DNA of 64,000 nucleotides from Rhodospirillales bacterium. GTDB taxonomy: Bacteria; Pseudomonadota; Alphaproteobacteria; CACIAM-22H2. A model generated the notes under the pieces. It had not been told where the DNA came from. It ran no database searches and saw only the letters and a list, made by a program, of their open reading frames with translations. Both the position numbers and the translations under genes were made by a program. How positions within the stretch are numbered: the first letter of the stretch is position 1; each line of letters starts with the position of its first letter. The stretch covers positions 17,630-81,629 of the forward strand of contig JAEUKY010000207.1 in the NCBI GenBank assembly GCA_016794005.1, written 5' to 3'. This document shows positions 53,674-61,869 of this stretch, in pieces.

Positions 53674-54750
53674 ATGGCCAAAATCACGCTCAAGAAGGTC
53701 GTCAAGCGCTACGGCAAGGTCGAGGCCGTCAAGGGGATCGACCTTGCGGTCGCCAGCGGCGAGTTCGTCGTGCTCGTCGGGCCGTCCGGCTGCGGAAAGT
53801 CGACGACGCTGCGCATGATCGCGGGACTGGAGGACGTCACAGAAGGCGAAGTCTCGATCGGCGGGCGGATCGTCAATCGCGTCGAACCGAAGGACCGTGA
53901 CATCGCGATGGTCTTCCAGAACTATGCGATCTATCCGCACATGACGGTGGCGAAGAACATCGGCTTCGGCCTGCGCTCGCGGGCGATGTCGGTCGTCGAG
54001 AAGGAACGGCGCGTCGCGGACATCGCCGGAAAGCTCGGCTTGACAGACCTGATGCACCGCCGCCCGTCCGAACTGTCCGGGGGCCAGCGCCAGCGCGTGG
54101 CGATCGGCCGCGCGATGGTGCGCGATCCCGCCGTGTTCCTGTTCGACGAGCCGCTTTCGAATCTCGACGCGCAGCTTCGCGCGCAGATGCGCCTCGAGAT
54201 CAAGAAGCTCCACCAGACGCTGGGCCGCACGATCGTGTTCGTGACCCACGACCAGGTCGAGGCGATGACGCTGGCCGACCGGATCGTGATCATGAGGGAC
54301 GGCGAGATCCTGCAGACGGGCACGCCCGACGAGATCTACAGGCGCCCCGTCGACATGTTCGTCGCGCGGTTCATCGGATCGCCGTCGATGAACATGCTTG
54401 CGGCCCGCAGCGTCGCTGGCCGCATCGAGATCGACGGGTTCGCATCACTCGCGTCGTCCGGACCGGTTCCGGACGAGATCACCGTCGGTGTCCGGCCGGA
54501 CGACCTGCGCGTCCTGGCGGACGGCGCCGTGGCCCCGATCCGTGCCGAAGCCGTGGTCAAGGTCGTCGAGCCGCTGGGACACGACGCGCTCGTCTACGGG
54601 CAGATCGGCCCGCACGAGGTCGTCGCCAAATGCGCGGACCGCGTGCTGCCCCGACCGGGCGACCGCGTCCGCCTCGGCGCCGATCCGGCCAATCTCCACC
54701 TGTTCGAGACGACCGGCGGGCGCACGATCCGCCACGGATTGCCGGCGTGA
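53674..54750 (+). CDS. CUT1-type sugar ABC transporter ATP-binding protein (UgpC/MalK/MsiK-like)
   Basis: Part of ORF 53281..54750, ATG at 53674. LVGPSGCGKST, LSGGQRQRVAIGRAM, FLFDEPLSNLD. C-terminal TOBE-like domain. Confidence 0.9.
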   Translation: MAKITLKKVVKRYGKVEAVKGIDLAVASGEFVVLVGPSGCGKSTTLRMIAGLEDVTEGEVSIGGRIVNRVEPKDRDIAMVFQNYAIYPHMTVAKNIGFGLRSRAMSVVEKERRVADIAGKLGLTDLMHRRPSELSGGQRQRVAIGRAMVRDPAVFLFDEPLSNLDAQLRAQMRLEIKKLHQTLGRTIVFVTHDQVEAMTLADRIVIMRDGEILQTGTPDEIYRRPVDMFVARFIGSPSMNMLAARSVAGRIEIDGFASLASSGPVPDEITVGVRPDDLRVLADGAVAPIRAEAVVKVVEPLGHDALVYGQIGPHEVVAKCADRVLPRPGDRVRLGADPANLHLFETTGGRTIRHGLPA

Positions 54751-55697
54751 AGACGAAAGGCACCATCGTCTGCGTCGGCCGTCTCTACGCCGACATCGTG
54801 ATGACGGGCCTCAAGGCGATGCCGCAGATCGGGCGCGAGCATTATGCCGACGCCGTCGTCGTGACGCCCGGCGGTGGCGCGCTGATCTCGGCGGCATTCC
54901 TTCGCAGTCTCGGCCGGAAGGTGGAACTCGCGGCCACGCTCGGGACCGACCCGGTCTCGTGCACGATCGAGCCGCTCCTGAGGAAATCGGGCATCGGGCT
55001 TTCGCTGCTTGAACGCTTCGACGGCGGCCCCCAGCTGACGGTGGCGCTCGCCGTCGGCGACGACCGCTCCTTTGTCACGCACAGGGCCGGCCCGGCGGTT
55101 CCGGAAAGCCTTGCCGGCCATCTGCGCCGGGGCGGCGTGCGGCATCTGCACGTCGCCGAACTCGCCACGCTGCTCGATGCGCGATGGCTGATCGACGTCG
55201 CGCGCGAATGCGCGATCACGATCTCGCTCGACGTGGCCTGGGACGATGCCGCGATCCGGCTGCCGGGCGCGCTGGCGCTGGCGCGCGCGGTCGACCTGCT
55301 GATCCCCAACGCGCCCGAGGCGGCCGCACTGACCGGGCTGCCGATCGACCGGCCGGACCTCCTGCTCCAGATGCTCGCGACGAGCGGGCCGACGGTCGTC
55401 CTGAAACAGGGGCGGCAGGGGGCGATCTGGTCGGACGGCATGCGGCAGTTCGCGTCGAAGGCCTTGGCCACCGACGTCGTCGACGCAACCGGTGCCGGCG
55501 ACGCCTTCGCCGCCGGATTCATCGACGCGTGGATCGACGGCGCTTCGCCGGCAACATGCCTTGCCCGCGCAACGGCCTGCGGCGCATTCGCGGTTTCGAA
55601 TGTCGGCGGCGCGCGTACGCTGCCGACCCGTACCGAGATCCTCGATCTCGAAACGCAGGTCGCCGTCCGTCCTTTCGCCGGCGCGCAGGCGGACTGA
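54747..55697 (+). CDS. PfkB-family carbohydrate kinase
   Basis: Part of ORF 54630..55697. GTG at 54747 overlaps the ATPase stop (GTGA). PfkB signature VVDATGAGDAFAAGF. Confidence 0.85.
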   Translation: MKTKGTIVCVGRLYADIVMTGLKAMPQIGREHYADAVVVTPGGGALISAAFLRSLGRKVELAATLGTDPVSCTIEPLLRKSGIGLSLLERFDGGPQLTVALAVGDDRSFVTHRAGPAVPESLAGHLRRGGVRHLHVAELATLLDARWLIDVARECAITISLDVAWDDAAIRLPGALALARAVDLLIPNAPEAAALTGLPIDRPDLLLQMLATSGPTVVLKQGRQGAIWSDGMRQFASKALATDVVDATGAGDAFAAGFIDAWIDGASPATCLARATACGAFAVSNVGGARTLPTRTEILDLETQVAVRPFAGAQAD

Positions 55698-55706
55698 TCC
55701 GCCGGA

Positions 55707-56726
55707 TCAGAGGGTTTCGGTCACCTTCGAAAGGTGCGGCGGACGATCGGGATCGAATCCCATCGTCCGGGCAGTCCGCTCGATCATCAGGTATGCCGGC
55801 CCCAGCATCGATATCGCATCGCATGCGGGATCGTCGTCGCCGATCCAGGGCAGGTCGGTCAGCGGGCCGCCGGCGAGAAACACGGGTACGCGCGCTGCGC
55901 GCAGGTCGCGGACAAGGGTGTCGACGCCGCCTGCGGTCGGATCGCCCAGCCGCAACGCGAGGACGGGCGTGCGCGTCGTCACGGCGGCGCGCGGACCATG
56001 GAGAAGTTCGGCCGAACTGAAGGCGAGCGCGGGCAGCCGCAGCGTCTCGGCGCATTTCAGCGCGATCTCGCGCGCGGGGCCGAGCCCGTAGCCGCGCGAC
56101 GTGACATAGACGCACGGCGCGCCCGCAAGCGCTTCGCCGGCACGCCCCCATTCGAGTTGCAATGCCGATGCCGCGCGGCCGGGCACGCGGGCGAGCGCGT
56201 CCAGTAACCGGGAATCGCCGGCAAGCGCCGCCACGAACTCGGCGGCTGCGAACATCGATGCCGCGACCGACTTCGTCGCAGCGACGGATTTCTCGCGACC
56301 GGCCCGGAGGGCGATCACGTGCTCGGCCGCTTTCGCGACCGGCGAATCCTCTTCGTTGACGAGCGCGACGGTCCGCGCACCCGCAGCCCGCGCGGCTTTC
56401 GTGGCCGCGACGAGATCTGGACTCTTCCCCGACTGCGAGATCACGACGAAGAGCGCGCCGTCGAGCTTGAGGTCGGCGCCGTAGGCCGTGACGACCGATG
56501 GGGCGGTTTCCGAAACAGGAATGCCGAGGCGGGTTTCGACGAGATAGCGCATATGCGCTGCCGCATGTCCCGAACTGCCGCGCCCGCAGAGCACGGCGAC
56601 CGGCACCGTCCGCAGGTCGATGCGACCGGCCAGTTCGGCAAACGATGCGCGACGAGCGACGATATCCGCAAGAACGCGTGGAATTTCGGCGGCCTCCGCC
56701 GCCATGGCCGAACTGCTGCTAGTCAT
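55707..56726 (-). CDS. Double-SIS-domain protein, GlmS-isomerase-like (GlcN-6-P deaminase NagB-II or FrlB/FraB-type deglycase)
   Basis: 339-aa ORF (alternative start at Met8, 56705). SIS motifs (VLCGRGSSGHAA, VVISQSGKSPD). GlmS-like C-terminal tail (DRPPHLSKVTETL). Confidence 0.85.
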   Translation of the reverse strand: MTSSSSAMAAEAAEIPRVLADIVARRASFAELAGRIDLRTVPVAVLCGRGSSGHAAAHMRYLVETRLGIPVSETAPSVVTAYGADLKLDGALFVVISQSGKSPDLVAATKAARAAGARTVALVNEEDSPVAKAAEHVIALRAGREKSVAATKSVAASMFAAAEFVAALAGDSRLLDALARVPGRAASALQLEWGRAGEALAGAPCVYVTSRGYGLGPAREIALKCAETLRLPALAFSSAELLHGPRAAVTTRTPVLALRLGDPTAGGVDTLVRDLRAARVPVFLAGGPLTDLPWIGDDDPACDAISMLGPAYLMIERTARTMGFDPDRPPHLSKVTETL

Positions 56727-56827
56727 CGACGCGGATCGCCTATTCGGAAGGTCGTGGACCCCGACGATAGAGCCAATCCGCCCGTTACGGCGAGTGCACC
56801 GGCCGGATCATTACCGCGATATCCTGC

Positions 56828-56856
56828 TTGACTCTATATTTTATAAAAAATAATTT
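56828..56856 (+). promoter_or_regulatory. AT-rich sigma70-type promoter candidate abutting the enolase start codon
   Basis: TTGACT (56828-56833), 17-nt spacer (CTATATTTTATAAAAAA), TAATTT (56851-56856). ATGs lie at 56857 and 56863. There is no SD sequence. Confidence 0.45.
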
Positions 56857-56862
56857 ATGTGT

Positions 56863-58038
56863 ATGAAGATCGCCCGCATCGACGTTGTCCCGCTGGAAGC
56901 CACGTTCGCCCGTCAATATGGCGGGATCGACAAGGTTCCGCCGCAACTCCTTCGTCCGGCTGCACATTTCCGAAAGATCGTGCGGGCTGGCCAGTACGCG
57001 ACGCTGGCGTTCGTGCGCGCCGAGGACGGCACGACCGGTGTCGGCGAGGCCTTCGGCCTGCCCCACCCTGGGCCGACCGCGATGCTGATCGAACGGGTCA
57101 TCGCACCCGGCCTGATCGGTCTGCCGATCGGCGAGCCGGCACAGATGCTGGCCGAATACAGCGAATACTTCGCCGCGATGGGCCACGGTCGCGGGATGCC
57201 GGCGGAAGCGATGAGCGCCATCGACATGGCGCTCTGGGATCTCAAGGCGAAGCTTGCCGGCAAACCGCTGTGCGAGCTGCTCGGCGGCACGCCCGGCCCC
57301 GTGCGCCTCTATGCGAGCCCCGTCCCGTTCCTGCCCACGCTCGACGCGTCCGCCGAAGCGGCAAAGGCGCTGGTGGCGCAGGGCTACAAGGCGATCAAGC
57401 TGAAAGTCGGCCGCGGCGCGGGCATCGATCTCGACCATATCGAGGCGGTGCGCGCCGCGATCGGTCCCGACATCGGCCTGATGCTCGACGTCAATTGCGG
57501 CTACGACGAAGCGACCGCGATCGAAGTCGGCAAGAAGCTGTCGCGCCATTCGGTCACCTGGTTCGAGGAACCGATCCCGCCGGGCGACCCGGCCGCACTC
57601 GCGCGCGTGCGCGCCAAGTCCACCGCGCAGATCGCGGCCGGCGAGAACGAGTTCGCCATGCACGATTTCGCGGCACTGGCCGAAGCAAAGGCTGTCGACG
57701 TGCTGATGCCGAACATCTCGCGCGCCGGCGGAGTCAGCGGGATGATGGCGCTGGGCCGGCTCTGCGCGAAGCACGGCATCAAGCTGGGGCCGCACGGCGT
57801 GGGAACCTGCGTCGCCGTCTCGGCCGCACTGCACACCTGCCGCGCGATGGAAGGTTTCGGCATCTACGAGGCCAATCGTCTGCTCAATCCGCTGCGCGAC
57901 GAGATGCCCAGGCAGAAGCCCGTCCTTGCAGATGGCGCCCTCCTCACGCCGACCGGTCCGGGTCACGGCGGCGATCCGCGCCCCGACGTGATGGACAGCT
58001 ACCGCCTCTCGATCTCCATCGCTTCGAGCGCCGCCTGA
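56863..58038 (+). CDS. Enolase-superfamily enzyme (mandelate racemase / muconate lactonizing enzyme family), second member
   Basis: ORF 56857..58038. ATG at 56863 (MKIARIDVVPLE) is preferred because the predicted -10 element ends at 56856. Metal-ligand contexts MLDVNCG, WFEEP, IAAGENE. Confidence 0.85.
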   Translation: MKIARIDVVPLEATFARQYGGIDKVPPQLLRPAAHFRKIVRAGQYATLAFVRAEDGTTGVGEAFGLPHPGPTAMLIERVIAPGLIGLPIGEPAQMLAEYSEYFAAMGHGRGMPAEAMSAIDMALWDLKAKLAGKPLCELLGGTPGPVRLYASPVPFLPTLDASAEAAKALVAQGYKAIKLKVGRGAGIDLDHIEAVRAAIGPDIGLMLDVNCGYDEATAIEVGKKLSRHSVTWFEEPIPPGDPAALARVRAKSTAQIAAGENEFAMHDFAALAEAKAVDVLMPNISRAGGVSGMMALGRLCAKHGIKLGPHGVGTCVAVSAALHTCRAMEGFGIYEANRLLNPLRDEMPRQKPVLADGALLTPTGPGHGGDPRPDVMDSYRLSISIASSAA

Positions 58039-58040
58039 AG

Positions 58041-58775
58041 ATGGACGTCGCCTCGATCAAGGCTCCGGACGAACTGGGTGAACTCGTCGGCCTGCCCGGC
58101 GAGACGCTGACGGCGACGCTCAAACGCACGATCCTGGAGATGATCCTTTTCGGCTATTTCGCCGACGAGGCACGTCTCTATCCGCACGAACTCGCCGAGC
58201 GTTTCGGCGTCAGCCAGACGCCGGTCCGCGAAGCGCTGATGCAGCTCTCCAGCGAAGGGCTGATCGAGGCGACGCCGCGACGCGGCTACCACATCAAGAC
58301 GCCGACAGCCGACCAGGTCACCGATCTGTGGCAGGTGCGCTGCGGTCTCGAGACGACGGCGGCCGAACGCGTGATCGCGCGGCTGGCTGCCGGCGAACTC
58401 TCCGATGCGGATCTGGCGCCGCTCGAAGCCCTCCAGCGCCGGCGCGATACGCTCGGTACGCGCATGACGACCAAGGAACACATCGAAACGAATTCCGCTT
58501 TCCACCGCGCGATCGTCGAGCTCAGCGGCAACCGTCTGCTCATCGCCGTTTTCGGTTCGATCCAGCAGCAGCTGATTGCCGCCTGGGTCCAGCGCGGGAT
58601 CGACTCGTGGCGCGCAAGGCTGACCGACGACGCGGCCGAACATCACGCCATCATGGACGCGCTGAAATCGCGCGACGTCGAGAAATGCCGAACGGTGCTG
58701 GCCAAGCATGTCGGCCGCTCGCTCGGCGGTGCGCTCGCCGATCTCGAGTTCAAACGCGCCGCAGCAAGTACCTGA
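58041..58775 (+). CDS. GntR-family transcriptional regulator (FadR/FCD subfamily)
   Basis: Part of ORF 56859..58775. ATG at 58041, 2 nt after the enolase stop. wHTH (LYPHELAERFGVSQTPVREALMQLSSEGLIE) plus an all-helical FCD-like C-domain. Confidence 0.9.
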   Translation: MDVASIKAPDELGELVGLPGETLTATLKRTILEMILFGYFADEARLYPHELAERFGVSQTPVREALMQLSSEGLIEATPRRGYHIKTPTADQVTDLWQVRCGLETTAAERVIARLAAGELSDADLAPLEALQRRRDTLGTRMTTKEHIETNSAFHRAIVELSGNRLLIAVFGSIQQQLIAAWVQRGIDSWRARLTDDAAEHHAIMDALKSRDVEKCRTVLAKHVGRSLGGALADLEFKRAAAST

Positions 58776-58811
58776 ACCGAAGGACCGGAAATCCGGCAAA
58801 GGGAGGAAACC

Positions 58812-60116
58812 ATGGAAATCTCGAAGACGCTTAGAGGCGCCTTGCTCGGTCTTGCGACATTCGTCGCCGGGCTCGCCGTGACCGCCGCCGAAGCGCAGAC
58901 GATCCGCATGTGGACGTTCCTCAATCCGGCCGGAAACGCGCCGCGCGAGAAAGCGCTCGCCGAGATGATCCGGAAGTTCGAAAGCGCCAATCCCGGCGTC
59001 AAAATCTCGGTCGAGCCGCAGGTCTGGGACCAGATGACGCCGAAGTTCCTCGCGGCTCATCGCGCCGGAAACGCGCCGGACATCGTCTGGGTCGTGACCG
59101 ACCTGCTCGGCGACGCGCTGAAGACCGGATCGCTTGCCGATCTCGGCGAACTGTTCGTCAACAAGTGGCCGGCCGCCGCGCGCGACGAGCGCAAGGACGG
59201 CTACTGGTCGCGCTGCGCGCAGGGCAACAGGGTTCACTGCCTGTTCCACTCACGTAACTACTACGGCGTCATCTACCGCACCGATTTCCTGAAGGAAGCC
59301 GGCGTCGACCCCGCGAAGCTGTCGACATGGCCCGCCTTCATCGAAGCGGCCAAGAAGCTGACGGTCAAGGATGCGTCCGGCAACGTCACGCGCTGGGGCT
59401 TCGGCCAGCAGTTCAGCGAGGACCGCGCGGACTCGCAGATGATGACTTCGCTGATGCTGTCCCGCCAAGGCGACCTGTTCGACGCCAAGGGCGGCGCAAA
59501 GTGGGCCAACGCGACGGGCGCGGAAGCGCTGAAGCTTCAAACCGACATGGTCACCGTGCACGGCGTCACGCCGCGCCAGGCCGTGACGTGGAGCGCCGAA
59601 GACCTCTACGAGCAGTTCGCCGCCGGGCGCATCGCGATGTTCACCGGGGCGGTCGTGCGCATCTCGACCATGCAGGCCAAGGTCGGCAGCGACAATGTCG
59701 GCTTCATGATCTGGCCTGGCATCGACGGCAAGCCGCATTCGCCGGCCGTGATGGCGGGCTGGGCGGTCGGCGTCTGGTCGGGCGGCAAGAACAAGGCGAT
59801 GGCCGGGAAGTTCCTCGAGTACATGTCGACCGGCGAATCTGACAAGCTGTGGGTCGAGGTCGGCGGCCAGCTTCCCGGAGCACCGTCCACGCTCGCGAGC
59901 ATGAAGGCCTTCACCGATCTGCCGGCCAACGCCTACTTGACGACCGCCGCTCTCGGCGTGGCGAAGTATGGCTGGATCCCTTCGGTCGAGTACGGCGTTG
60001 GCGGCTATCGCCAGGCGCTCAACAAAGCGGCGCAGGACGTCATCGTCGGCAATGTCGACCCGATGGCGGCTCTCGTCGCGGCCGAGAAGCGCTTCAACCA
60101 GCAGAACAACCGCTAG
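58812..60116 (+). CDS. CUT1-type sugar ABC transporter substrate-binding protein (second system)
   Basis: 434-aa ORF. Sec signal (MEISKTLRGALLGLATFVAGLAVTAAEAQ). Family-1 SBP pattern. Confidence 0.9.
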   Translation: MEISKTLRGALLGLATFVAGLAVTAAEAQTIRMWTFLNPAGNAPREKALAEMIRKFESANPGVKISVEPQVWDQMTPKFLAAHRAGNAPDIVWVVTDLLGDALKTGSLADLGELFVNKWPAAARDERKDGYWSRCAQGNRVHCLFHSRNYYGVIYRTDFLKEAGVDPAKLSTWPAFIEAAKKLTVKDASGNVTRWGFGQQFSEDRADSQMMTSLMLSRQGDLFDAKGGAKWANATGAEALKLQTDMVTVHGVTPRQAVTWSAEDLYEQFAAGRIAMFTGAVVRISTMQAKVGSDNVGFMIWPGIDGKPHSPAVMAGWAVGVWSGGKNKAMAGKFLEYMSTGESDKLWVEVGGQLPGAPSTLASMKAFTDLPANAYLTTAALGVAKYGWIPSVEYGVGGYRQALNKAAQDVIVGNVDPMAALVAAEKRFNQQNNR

Positions 60117-60156
60117 AATGGACGGCGTGCGCGCGTACCGCATCGGATAGAGACAC

Positions 60157-61014
60157 ATGCGGGACACGCGCACGCCCTTCCTTCTCTTCGCCCCGGCCTT
60201 CGCGCTGCTGGGGTTCGTGCTGCTGTCGCCCGTCGTCTATGCCGGATGGTTCAGCCTGCAGCGCATCGAGTACGGCGCCCCGACCGGCTATGCCGGGCTT
60301 CTCAATTTCCGCCGCCTGTTCGACGGCGAGACGCTCGGCGCCACGTTCGGCCGCACGGCACTGCATACCGGCCTTTCGGTCGTCCTGACCATCGCCATCG
60401 CGCTTGCGCTCGCGGTCTGGATCGACAGGCTCCGGCCGCGCGTCGGCTTCATCGTACAGACGATCGTCATCGTGCCGTGGATCGTCTCGACCGTCGTCGC
60501 CACGCTTCTGTTCCGCTGGGTGTTCGTCAACGACATCGGCATCGCCGCGTACTTGATTGGCACGGTCACCGGCGGAGTCAGCGGGCTGCTGACCGAGCCC
60601 GGGGGTGCGATGGGACTGCTCGTCGTCGTATCGGTGTGGAAACGCATCGGCTACGCAGTCATCGTGCTGCTCGCCGGCCTCAAGAGCATTCCCGACGAAC
60701 TGGAGGAGGCCGCGCGCATCGACGGCGCCAGCGGATGGCAGGTCTTCCGGCGCATCACCCTTCCGCTGCTGAAGACGCCGCTGCTGCTGACCGCCGTCGT
60801 GCTGACGCTGTCGAACATCAACACGGTCGAAACGCCTCTGATTCTGACCGGCGGCGGCCCGCGCGACGCAACGCGCGTGCTCGCGATCGACGTCTACGAG
60901 CGCGCTTTCGCGATCTTCGATCTGGGTTCGGCAACCGCCCTGGCCCTCGTGATGTTCGCGGGCAACATCCTGCTCGTGCTCGCCTACGTGAAGCTGTCGC
61001 GGTGGCGCGCATGA
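60157..61014 (+). CDS. CUT1-type sugar ABC transporter permease (second system)
   Basis: 285-aa ORF. Conserved loop (ELEEAARIDGASGWQVFRRITLPLLKTPLLL). Confidence 0.9.
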   Translation: MRDTRTPFLLFAPAFALLGFVLLSPVVYAGWFSLQRIEYGAPTGYAGLLNFRRLFDGETLGATFGRTALHTGLSVVLTIAIALALAVWIDRLRPRVGFIVQTIVIVPWIVSTVVATLLFRWVFVNDIGIAAYLIGTVTGGVSGLLTEPGGAMGLLVVVSVWKRIGYAVIVLLAGLKSIPDELEEAARIDGASGWQVFRRITLPLLKTPLLLTAVVLTLSNINTVETPLILTGGGPRDATRVLAIDVYERAFAIFDLGSATALALVMFAGNILLVLAYVKLSRWRA

Positions 61015-61865
61015 CCGCCCCCGTCTCCCGCCTGAAGATCGGCCGGACCGCGCGCGCGGCGCTGACGGGGCTGCTGTGTCTGCTGGTCCTCGCCAACCTG
61101 CTGCCGCTGGTCTGGGGAGTCCTGACGTCGATCAAGGGCGACGCCGACCTGTTCCGCTTCCCTCCGACCTTCTTCGGCTTCACGCCTACGCTCGAGCACT
61201 ACGAGCGCGTGATCGCCAGTGGCTTCCTCGGTAGCATGGGCGCCACCGTTTTCTATGCCGCCGTCACGGTCACGGCGACGCTGGCGCTGGCGCTTCCTGC
61301 CGCCTACGCGTTCGACCGGTTCGAATTCCCGTTCCGGCAGACGCTGTTCATGCTGGTCGTCGCCAGCATTCCGCTGTCGCTGGGAGCGGCCGCCCTGCTG
61401 ATTCCGAATTATGTCTATTTCGTGCAGATCGGCCTGACCAACACCTGGTTCGTGCTGCCCCTGATCTACACCGCGCACCAGCTTCCGATGGCGATCTGGA
61501 TCGTCAAGGGCGTGATCGAGGGAATACCGCGCGAGTTGGACGAGGCGGCGATCGTCGACGGCGGCACGCACGCCGATATTCTGCGCCATGTCATGCTACC
61601 GCTTTCGCGCCCGGCATTGGGGGCCGCCGGAGTTCTCGCCTTCGTCGGCACATGGAACGAGTTCGTCGCAGGCTCGGTGATGGTCGATGCGCCCGATCTG
61701 AAGCCCGTGCAGCCGATGATCTACAGCTTCATCGGATTCTTCGGACGCGAATGGGGGCCGCTTACGGCGTCGGCCACGCTTGCGATCCTGCCGATCCTGA
61801 TCGCATTCGCCTTCCTCGGCCGGCACATCGTTTCGGGCCTGACCAAAGGCGCAGTCAAGGGATAG
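61011..61865 (+). CDS. CUT1-type sugar ABC transporter permease (second system)
   Basis: Part of ORF 60246..61865. ATG at 61011 overlaps the upstream stop (ATGA). Conserved loop (ELDEAAIVDGGTHADILRHVMLPLSRPALGA). Confidence 0.9.
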   Translation: MTAPVSRLKIGRTARAALTGLLCLLVLANLLPLVWGVLTSIKGDADLFRFPPTFFGFTPTLEHYERVIASGFLGSMGATVFYAAVTVTATLALALPAAYAFDRFEFPFRQTLFMLVVASIPLSLGAAALLIPNYVYFVQIGLTNTWFVLPLIYTAHQLPMAIWIVKGVIEGIPRELDEAAIVDGGTHADILRHVMLPLSRPALGAAGVLAFVGTWNEFVAGSVMVDAPDLKPVQPMIYSFIGFFGREWGPLTASATLAILPILIAFAFLGRHIVSGLTKGAVKG

Positions 61866-61869
61866 CGGA

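Noticed and set aside
60117-60156. Possible stem-loop after the fourth SBP gene (ACGGCGTGCGCGCGTACCGC)
   Set aside because: When paired base by base, the putative stem has mismatches and no loop. It is not comparable to the perfect hairpins after the other three SBP genes.
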